Below, piece by piece: positions 1 to 9,300 of a DNA stretch of 64,000 nucleotides (positions within the stretch are counted from its first letter, which is position 1; each line of letters starts with the position of its first letter). Where the stretch lies: positions 62,001-126,000 of the forward strand of contig JASANG010001414.1 in NCBI GenBank assembly GCA_030248215.1, given 5' to 3'. The position numbers were made by a program, and so were the translations under genes. Source of the DNA: Enoplolaimus lenunculus. Lineage: Eukaryota. The notes under the pieces were generated by a model that was given only the letters and a program-made list of their open reading frames with translations, was not told the origin of the DNA and made no database searches.

Positions 1-2
1 GA

Positions 3-1217
3 GGAAGTGAATACATCTCAAGTGGTCGAAGTTTCTTAGTCCAGATCCGCCGCGACTATAAAATACCTCCTCGGCTCCAATGGTGCGATCCTCATTTTAG
101 GCGCGGATATATTATAATTCGGGCATGGTACCCGGGTATGGGTCGGTATTGTAAATCATGTTATAAATTTGGACATGAACAATTAGATTGTGTTGATTTT
201 CCTGCTTTGAACAACACTGAAGTGGACACGAACTCAGCTAAACAACAACAAGAAGAGCAAGAACCCAAACAACAGTCACAACAACAGCAGCAACAGAAAC
301 AACAAGTTCAACAACAACAATTACAACAACAACGGCAACAAATGAAAGCCGGGATAGACAAGGATCGCAGCAAGTTAAATACAAACAAGCAGTTTCTTGA
401 TATCAGTAACTTTATTATGGGGTTAATCAAAAATATTCAGTCCAGCATTAACAATGATATTATTGTGAGAGAACCATTAGCTTTAGTCATCAATGGAAAG
501 CTGGATTTGACTAAACTGCCAGAATCCGGGAAATCTTTTCTCAATTTTTCTGCTTGGTATAGATATTTGCATTTGAAACGATCGATGTCTCCGCCATTTC
601 ACCCTGAGGGTGAAGACGTTAAAACATTTTTTGATTCGAAACATCCAAGCAATTATCGTCTCTCGAATTTCCATGTTGACAATCCAGTATCTGTTTGGGG
701 CGAGTCTTTCTCATCTCCTGAAAAATTTGTCGCAGTGTGGAAGGCGAGATTCAGTGGTCGCAAAGATATCGAAGAGAAGGTTTGGGGAACAGACGATCCT
801 AAATCAATAAAATTTTTACATAGTCAGATAGTTTGGCCGGGCACAACGTTACATTATTTGTGTATCGTTTTCGAATTAATTTATACGATTTGTTTTGCAC
901 GAGCACAACAATGTGATGTGATTGGGCGCACACTATTGTCAACAGAGGGTCTATTGGTTGAGACTGTACCTGGGCCGGGGCCTTGGAGCTGCGGCCGTGG
1001 ACACTCCGATAATCGAGCTCAAAATAGAGTTACCTGGCGTCCTGGCAGTTTAAACTTAAATGGTGACTGTCAGACTCTTGTGCGAGAACACATTATGTTA
1101 CGAAAGGTGAGAACAGTAAGCACATCGTCTGATATATCTTCTCGCGTTACAGGTGTTAAGCGGTTGTATGAAGAGTCAGATGTGATTAGTGGCAAAAAGC
1201 CAAACATTGCAATGTGA
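3..1217 (+). CDS. ORF1 of L1/Tx1-clade non-LTR retrotransposon, 5'-partial (open to window edge): CCHC zinc knuckle, polyQ linker, C-terminal NADAR/YbiA-like domain
   Basis: Frame is open from base 3 (GSEYISSGRSFLVQIRRDYKIPPRLQW...IRAWYPGMGRYCKSCYKFGHEQLDC). The Y-x-G-x4-C-x2-C-x4-H-x4-C knuckle is typical of Tx1/L1 ORF1. It lies 54 nt upstream of an EN-RT ORF2. Residues encoded at 618-1094 follow NADAR motif order (LSNF, SPEK...WKARF, ARAQQ, LLST-LVE, WSCG, LNLNG...VRE). Confidence 0.88.
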   Translation, partial: GSEYISSGRSFLVQIRRDYKIPPRLQWCDPHFRRGYIIIRAWYPGMGRYCKSCYKFGHEQLDCVDFPALNNTEVDTNSAKQQQEEQEPKQQSQQQQQQKQQVQQQQLQQQRQQMKAGIDKDRSKLNTNKQFLDISNFIMGLIKNIQSSINNDIIVREPLALVINGKLDLTKLPESGKSFLNFSAWYRYLHLKRSMSPPFHPEGEDVKTFFDSKHPSNYRLSNFHVDNPVSVWGESFSSPEKFVAVWKARFSGRKDIEEKVWGTDDPKSIKFLHSQIVWPGTTLHYLCIVFELIYTICFARAQQCDVIGRTLLSTEGLLVETVPGPGPWSCGRGHSDNRAQNRVTWRPGSLNLNGDCQTLVREHIMLRKVRTVSTSSDISSRVTGVKRLYEESDVISGKKPNIAM

Positions 1218-1271
1218 ACGTGCATTTTTTTTTGTTTTACATGCCTTAAATTGATATGAAAGAGAGTCAAT

Positions 1272-4200
1272 ATGGATCTGCCAAATTTCTTTTCTTTTTC
1301 CAGTTTAAATTGCAGATCCATTAAGCATTTTCGAAAAGTGTCGATAGTTTTTGAAAGGATAAAAGATTTGGATTTGATTTGTCTGCAAGAGACACATTTT
1401 AAAAATAATTGGGATGCAGAGATTTTTGATAGAATTTTCTCACGCAATTTTAAAATATTTCACAGTTTCGGAAGCGAGGAGAATAGTAAAACAGGGGTAA
1501 CGGTCCTTATAAATAGGACAGCTCCTGTTGGTCAAATTGAAAACATTTTTAATATTCAGGGTAGGGCGGTCACGATTGCTTTTAGTATTGGTTCTCTTTC
1601 TTTTTTCTTAATTGGTATTTATGCTCCCGCGAACGGCGAGCAGCGAGTAGTTTTTTTCAACCAGCTGATGCAACAAGTGCAAAATTCGTTTTGGTTTGAT
1701 TATAAATGTGTTATTATGTTGGGTGATTTTAACTTAGTTGAGGACCCGGTTTTGGACCGATCACGGCCGTCATATGATCAGCAGCAAGGCCTGAGAGAGC
1801 TTTATTGTTTGAAGGAACTGTTGGTGATATCTGATGTTTTTAGGGAGACACATCCAAATAAAAACGACTTTTTTACTTTTCTTTCAGACATTCATGGAAG
1901 TCAGTCTCGTATAGATCGGATTTATATGCCGGCTTTTTTACAACCGGGCGCTTTGTGTACCGCTCGCGCAGTGAACAAGACAGATCATAGGTTGTTTAGA
2001 GTTAAGATTCGCTTACCTAATTTAAAGAGAGGTAAAGGATACTATAAGATGAATACAATGCTTTTGGGTGAAGTCGGCGTACAGACCTTTGTTTTAACGC
2101 GGCTCAAACATTTAATGAACATTTCCACAGGGTTTTCTATGATGTGGGAAGTATTTAAGGCTGATGTTAAAACCTTCTTTGTAAAGTTGGGTAAAAATAA
2201 AGCTAAGGAACGCGACATGTTGAGGAAATCATTAGAGAGCCAAGTTATTAATGTACAAATGCTGATAGGACAGTATCCAAACAATCCGAATCTCAGATCG
2301 GGTCTTAAAAAGCTAAAAAATGAAATCGAATTATTGAATGCATTTTATATTGCTTCTTGCAGGCATAATACGTACTACGGTAGTGAGGTAAATGACAACG
2401 CCTCTTTAGCAACAGTCAAGTCTCTTCAACGTAAGAACTGGGAAGCCAGGCATATAAGCTCGATCGAAAGGTCTGATGGCACGTTAGTAACAGACTCAGA
2501 TGCAGTTCTAGGTGAAATTACTGAGCAGTATTCCAACGTATTCAGATCGGAAGGGATAAGCGGAGAAGATCTCACTTTTTTTCTGGCACAAAATGGTCTT
2601 TCCAAGTTGAGTGAGGTGGAAAAAAATACTTTAGAGGGACCCATTACGTCAGTTGAAATAGCGAGCGCTATTAAATCTATGCAGGGTAAAAAGACGCCGG
2701 GATACGATGGTATTCCTGTTGAATTCTATTGGCTGTTTTGTGGAATATTATCTGAATTTTTGTGTAAAATGTATAACGCGTTCTTGGATGATCTTAAGCT
2801 CAATTTCTCCGCATATGATGGTGTTATTACCCTATTATATAAAGGGAATGGAAGGAAAACGTGTCGCGATAATTGGCGGCCAATTACGTTGCTGAATATA
2901 GATTATAAGATTTTTACGAAAGTTTTGGCAAAAAGATTAGAATCGGTCATGAAATCTTTAGTCCACCCGGATCAGACAAGCTCGGTTCCCGACAGAATTA
3001 TTCAAGACAGTGTTGCACATGTCATGTCTGTTATTCATTATGCCAATGAAAGCAACGCAAAGGCGTTGCTGCTATCAGTTGATCACAAAGCCGCTTTTGA
3101 TTTGGTGGAGTGGTCATTTATTTTTGAGACACTTAGGGTCATGAATTTTGGCGAAAACTTTTTAAACATGATCAAATGTATTTATAAACCCGGATGTACA
3201 AGATCATCTGTTATAGTTAATGGTTTTAAGTCAGAATTTTTTCATGTTTTGCGTGGAATTCGACAAGGGTGTCCCTTATCGCCGTCATTATATGTCATAA
3301 CAGCGGAAGTGGTAGCTCATTATCTTCGAATAACTTCAAGAATTTCGGGGATACCACTATACGGCATTAACACCCGAGTGACTAAGTTTGCCGACGACAC
3401 TAATATTTTTCTAAGTAGGATTTCAGATATAAGTGTGGTTTTTGATGTTTTTGAAAAATTTCAAAAGGCCTCTGGCAGCCGACTAAAGGAAACTAAAACA
3501 CAGATACTATTAATGGGCGATCTAAGGAACGCACTTGTACCCCATCAATATGCACGCTTTATTGTTGAAAGAGTGAAAATTTATGGCCTTTGGTTTGATT
3601 CAAAGGGACTCGATGTTCCTGAAAATTGGATAAAGTGCTATGAAGCAATTGCAAGTCTTGAACAGCGAATACCGCCCCGAGGTATCTCTGTTTTTGGAAA
3701 AATCCATCTTGTTCACATTTATTTTTTGTGTATGTTTAATTATTTGATAAAATTAGTAACACCCCCTGAGCAACTAGTGAAGGAAACTATCAATGTGGTT
3801 TATAAGTGGTTGTGGTACCCGTCCACCGCTAGTGTTATTAGAAGGGATATCCTGTTTTTACAACCTAGTCACGGCGGGATAAATTTCCCAAATATTTTTG
3901 TCAGACTGAAAGTGAATCGTTTAATGTTTTATATTCGAATATTAAGAGGTACCGAAGTTGTGAGTTGGAAGAGATGTTTCGAACATTTCTTTCGGCAAGT
4001 TCAGTTTTCGACTAAACGTCAACTGAGACGCATTGATGTACCGGAGTTATATAAAGAGATACGGATTGCAATGATTGAGTCATCTTTTAAAATGGATGGA
4101 AATTTTTGTTGGTTTTTTGGCGAAAAGTTATCCTTAAAAACAGTGTCGGCAAATAAATTGTATAAAATGTGGATACACGCTGTGTATAAGGGACTCATGC

Positions 4201-4805
4201 ATCCTAAACATGTTTTTTGGCGAGACGAGCTAGGAGTTGAACCTATTTTTGTCGAGCGATCATGGATATGGGCAAAAGCGAAATATGTTGACGGCTCTGC
4301 GCGAGACGTCCATTTTAGGTTAAGACACAAGTCATTGTATACTAATCACCGCACTAGTCATTTTACAGATGGGACAAATATATGTTCGTTTTATTTGGAT
4401 GGAATTGAAGTGCGGGAGGATAATGTTCATGTGTTTATTTATTGTTTGCGGGCGCAAGAAATTAGTTTTTTCATTACTCCCGTTTTGCAACAGGTAGCTG
4501 GAGTAAATGAAATAACGATTTCGGATTTAATTTTGGGACGAAATATTCACGACCCATTAAAGAGAATAGCTTTTAATTTCATCGTCCAACATGCACAATT
4601 GGCAATATGGAGTGCTCGATGTAAACTCGAGTGTAACAATGAAAATGTCTGTGTTGTTGATGTTTTTCAGGAAAATGTTTATAGAAATTTGTGCAAACTT
4701 AAGCTGTATCTAAAAGAAGAATGTTTTTTTAAGGTTTTTGGAACAATAACCCGACAGAATGATAGCATGCTGGGTTTTCGAATGTCTTTTTCTCAGCGTA
4801 CCTGA
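1272..4805 (+). CDS. ORF2 of L1/Tx1-clade LINE: APE endonuclease + reverse transcriptase + C-terminal Cys/His region
   Basis: EN motifs SLNCRS, CLQETH, GIYAP, LGDFN, SRIDRIY, TDH. RT motifs KTPGYDG, WRPITLLNIDYKI, DHKAAFD, GIRQGCPLSP, FADD. Uninterrupted 1177 aa. Confidence 0.97.
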   Translation: MDLPNFFSFSSLNCRSIKHFRKVSIVFERIKDLDLICLQETHFKNNWDAEIFDRIFSRNFKIFHSFGSEENSKTGVTVLINRTAPVGQIENIFNIQGRAVTIAFSIGSLSFFLIGIYAPANGEQRVVFFNQLMQQVQNSFWFDYKCVIMLGDFNLVEDPVLDRSRPSYDQQQGLRELYCLKELLVISDVFRETHPNKNDFFTFLSDIHGSQSRIDRIYMPAFLQPGALCTARAVNKTDHRLFRVKIRLPNLKRGKGYYKMNTMLLGEVGVQTFVLTRLKHLMNISTGFSMMWEVFKADVKTFFVKLGKNKAKERDMLRKSLESQVINVQMLIGQYPNNPNLRSGLKKLKNEIELLNAFYIASCRHNTYYGSEVNDNASLATVKSLQRKNWEARHISSIERSDGTLVTDSDAVLGEITEQYSNVFRSEGISGEDLTFFLAQNGLSKLSEVEKNTLEGPITSVEIASAIKSMQGKKTPGYDGIPVEFYWLFCGILSEFLCKMYNAFLDDLKLNFSAYDGVITLLYKGNGRKTCRDNWRPITLLNIDYKIFTKVLAKRLESVMKSLVHPDQTSSVPDRIIQDSVAHVMSVIHYANESNAKALLLSVDHKAAFDLVEWSFIFETLRVMNFGENFLNMIKCIYKPGCTRSSVIVNGFKSEFFHVLRGIRQGCPLSPSLYVITAEVVAHYLRITSRISGIPLYGINTRVTKFADDTNIFLSRISDISVVFDVFEKFQKASGSRLKETKTQILLMGDLRNALVPHQYARFIVERVKIYGLWFDSKGLDVPENWIKCYEAIASLEQRIPPRGISVFGKIHLVHIYFLCMFNYLIKLVTPPEQLVKETINVVYKWLWYPSTASVIRRDILFLQPSHGGINFPNIFVRLKVNRLMFYIRILRGTEVVSWKRCFEHFFRQVQFSTKRQLRRIDVPELYKEIRIAMIESSFKMDGNFCWFFGEKLSLKTVSANKLYKMWIHAVYKGLMHPKHVFWRDELGVEPIFVERSWIWAKAKYVDGSARDVHFRLRHKSLYTNHRTSHFTDGTNICSFYLDGIEVREDNVHVFIYCLRAQEISFFITPVLQQVAGVNEITISDLILGRNIHDPLKRIAFNFIVQHAQLAIWSARCKLECNNENVCVVDVFQENVYRNLCKLKLYLKEECFFKVFGTITRQNDSMLGFRMSFSQRT

Positions 4806-6320
4806 TTTGTAGTTTGTTTTGAAACTAGGTTTCTTGTGTGCTTTTTAACATATTTGCTCTGAATAATATCCTTGCAAGCAGAGTAGAATAATGGGTAATT
4901 TTCAAGGACCTTTGTTATGTTGTGATAATATGTTGTTGTGCCAAAATTGTCAGAAATTGACCACATTGCTGTGTAGGTGTACGTGTTTCGCTCTATGTCA
5001 AAATGCATTCAATAATTTATTCTTAATTTCAACATTTAATTTCGAATAAACAAGTTTGTAGATATAGTTGCTGTAAGTGCTGCCACAGTAGAGCACCTGA
5101 AATAGTGCCATGTAAGCAAATTTTTGAAGTAGTCAAACTTTTAAGCATGCGTCAATAAAAACTATCCCTCTCTGACATAAAGATTCATAGTCTATTTTAT
5201 TCTATGTGACGTCATAAACCGATAGCGATTGAAGATTTTTCCCTGCAGCCTTGCTCGAATGAGAATTTAGTTACGCATAAGCACTTATTTCAAACCAGAA
5301 TTCGAACCGCATCCTCAGAGCGCAGCGGCGTTCATTTTGCCGTTCGTAATCACACTTTGTGTTTACCATTAGACGGTTATGTATTTGGTAGTTCATTTTT
5401 AGTTCTTTCGTTTGTTTCGCGACCAATTAACATTCTTCTCCGGTAAAATCTGCTAACAGGTTAGTCTAGCGAATTAGCTCCTCTTACTCTTAGCCATCCC
5501 TTTATTAACCAATCCCAATAAATTAAAAAATTCAAACAGAACAGCGAAAAGACACCGCAACAATAAATATCAACAAACGGAAAAACTGAATTGCCATTTA
5601 CCATTTGTTTTGACCTCTGCCAGAGTGCCATAAGTAATTCTACACAAAATACGGGAATATTTCAAAACCCGGGCTTCATAAAAAACGACCGCGCTTCATT
5701 TCTAATTTGAAACTCTGGAGTATAAACATCAACTTTAATTTGAATATCACAAAATTGAAAATATTTATAGTGGAAAGGGTTATACGCATAATCGAGCTAA
5801 TACGCATCAGATATTCTCCGTCATCAGGCACATCAAAAGTTTGCTACATATTTGTAAAACAGTGCCATACTTTGGCGATTGCCATAAAATTATACCATAT
5901 TTGCGCTGCTTCAGTACTACTTTGTTTCTCGTTACCGAACAGATACACGTGGCTACAAGCAATTCAGTTGCCAACAGAACGCAATAATATTGATGACAGC
6001 AGTGTCTATTACTATTTTCATTTTCCGCCTTGAACGCTAGTTTTGTACGCTGAAAATAATCGACAGTGCCAAAAATATAGCAATACAATTACCGAACACC
6101 TCACACTTATACTCCGATCCGTTAAATGAAAATCTACGTCCTTTTGAATCATATTTCTAACCAAGTATTGTTTCTGCCAACAAAAAACACATTAAAAACT
6201 CAAACTATTATTTGTTTAGATTCTCGATTTTTATAACACAATTTTTTCAAATAACACGAATTTATCTACTGCTAAACAAACAGCGCACATACATTCTACT
6301 GTAACTTTGTTGTAAACATC

Positions 6321-9300
6321 CTACTTATTGTTACAGATAAAACGCCACAAACTAGCAAACCCACCTGTTGGTGTAAACGAATTTGGCAACTGCATATTGC
6401 CCACACCGGTGTTTGCTGTAAAATTAGTATAAACAGGCGCTGATGTCATCGGCGGTGGCGGTGGTAGAATAGATGTTGCTGGAATGCCTAAGCTACTTAG
6501 CGGTGGCATTGGGAAATTGAGCGGGGCGGGAGGCGGAATAGCTCCAGGATTAACGAAACCTCCACTTGACACCGGTGGTAGTTGCTGGTACGGTGTAGAA
6601 CTGCCACCAGACGGCGGCATCATAGGATTTATTGCGAACGTGTAGGGTGGTATCGGAGCTTAAATATTACGTTAGTTCTTAAACAATTTTGATATAGCAA
6701 TATCAATATTTATCATTATATCTCTAGCACTGATTCCAAATGAATGTGCTGTTCCAACCTGGAGGCACCACCGCAGCTGGCACTGCAAACCACAAGCCCA
6801 TGAATTCTTGAGTTGGATTCGTAGTCTGGTATTTTTATTTGTTAACGATGCCGACTCGTATCAAACATACATCTGGTCGAAACATTCCATGGGAACAGTT
6901 AGTAACCATATTATGCATACTACGGTTTCTGTAGGACACGAAATGATATCTGTAGCGTATAAGTTTGTCATTATGCTAAGAGTGTAACTTTCGGTTGTCT
7001 ATTTCGAGCCTCATTATTTAATGATAAATGACAATGTCACATGAGCGAACTAGGGATCGACCGGATGTTAATTTTACCGGATACCAGAACCGGAGTTGAA
7101 TAGTAATTTTTTATAAAACCGGATGCTACCTTTATGTAACTTTTAAATTTGTGTACTGTTGGTAGTATTCGAGTAGTGCTAAAGTATGTGTTTACTGTAG
7201 TCACCCGAATAAGAGGGTGGACTAATATTTATTTGGCCTCTTTAGAGATGAATGTACTTTCAAAACTTAAGTATGCTTTAAAGTTTTGAACTCAACAATA
7301 TTAGTCCTGGAGTCATTTATGCACTACAATTAGGGATTAGGGATGATATCCGCTTACGGACTCCTATTGATTTGGACTGAAAATGGGGACCCCTCTTATT
7401 CGGGTACCACAGTGCTGATTTTAAAGTATACCGTTAGCTTTAATCTTCATTATGAATAACTTAAGCTTAGTCGCAGCAAAATATGTAGTATCTCCACATG
7501 TAAAAAGTAGTTTTACATTAAAAATCACCACCACAAATAACTAGTATCCGGTAGGTTAATTACCGAACACTGGATACGAATGTAACTTTTCGAAATTAAA
7601 CTGGGACCGTTTTTTGGTGATCCCAGGAGCGAACTGCCCGTCATTTTGTTACTCTTTGTTCCAGTAACACATTGCTGACGAAAGCATTAACGGTTGGAAT
7701 GTAAATACTGCCTGAAACTCACCGCTTGACCCTGTGCTAAACATTGCGTTAGCCGTTGGTGGTTGATTATTGATTTGAACCTGTGTATTCGCCATGTTAT
7801 ATGCGTTTGGCTGAAATGCTTGTTGTTGTTGTTGTTGTTGTTTTTGTTGTTGTTGTTGTTGCTGCTGCTGCTGTTCCTCTTGGTTAACACTACTCGGCAC
7901 CGCTTGCATGTCATAGGCGTCTTTATTAGGTGTTGACTGTTTATCTAAAACAAAAATAGAACACGTTGAATGAATAGATGTAAGCAAGAACGGAACTTAT
8001 TTTAGGCATCTGTGCTATACATATTTAAAATACAGCATCGCGTGTGAATACTTGCGAATTACTTGGATTGTCACTAATTATTAAGAACATGTATCTATGA
8101 ATACAATTAAAATGCTCACGACCGATAATCTAAACAACTTACAGGTTGGGGTAAATCAGCAAATGTATCAGCAACACTAAGGCTGCTATGTAATATACTA
8201 CATATAGAAAGTGCCGCTAAAATATGTCAATTTGGAGATTACATATGCATGTTCACCGTATAACTCTGACTTCTCAACAGCGGGGAGGGGGCGGGGGGCC
8301 CCAGCACTTTTCGAAATGTTCATTTTCCCCCCGGCGAAAATTTTTCGTCAGGAAGGGGAATTTCGGTCGCAGAAAGCCCAGATTTCTAGGAAAATTTTCA
8401 ACGTTAAACTAAAGAATTTTTTAGGCGGAATTCGGCAAAAATGATATATACGTGAGTATAAATTTTTATAGCGTTACAAAAACCTAGAAAAAAATTCAAA
8501 AAAACTGAAAAAAGCAAGGCATACAGCATTGAAATTACTTGCAGAGAAGTTCAATCGCTGAGCTATATAAACTAAACTGTGATAATATACAAAATATATA
8601 TTAACAAGTTTAATTATAAATTATCTATATTTTATATAATTGTCTTCTTTCAATTGGTTAAGTTGTAGTAAATTAGTTAAAATATTGTATTAGCGTTTAC
8701 GAGAAACTTTTGTCATGTTGAGGATGAGAATTAAGTTGAGTTGGAAAAGGTTAGAAGAAAAAATGGTCCAAGAAGCGGTGGAAAATTTTATGCTGCCCCA
8801 GATATCTAGAAGCCCCAGAAAATGCCCAGCAAAATAGCTGCCCAGGAATTCTCCCCCCAGAATCGCCGGGAAATTAAGCGAGAAGCAGTAATGGTTAAAA
8901 GGTAAAGTACTTTCTATTCAAGGGTAAATCCAGGAATGAATTGTGAGAAAATGGAGGCATAAATACAGCTGATGGTTGAGAAAATTGTTGCAAAGTTGGT
9001 GCTTTACTAACGGCATCCGTTTGTGTCAAGTTGTCTACAATTACGCATAAATTATTGAATTTAAATTTACATGAATTTGAAAAACCGTCAAATGTATACT
9101 AGCTTCCTCGACATTGGCAAAACGTAGGTCGCAAGTTAAAAACAAGATCTAGAACTCCTAACTTGTGATGATAAACAAATAGCTAAAATAGTAAAATTTT
9201 CATTACCTAATTTAAATTACACTTTGACTACGTACAGTGACTCAATTTTAACGATGTGAGAAACAAAATGATCTTGTCATTCTAAAATTAACATAAAAAC

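Larger units (their letters stand above)
1..4938 (+). mobile_element. L1/Tx1-clade LINE copy 1 (5' end outside window; 3'UTR truncated)
   Basis: ORF1 + ORF2 + 3'UTR; identity with copy 2 stops abruptly after ...ATATGTTGTTG at ~4938. Confidence 0.93.

Noticed and set aside
2042..4330. Short antisense or alternate-frame ORFs conserved between both LINE copies
   Set aside because: Conservation is a trivial result of near-identity of the copies; no recognisable motifs.
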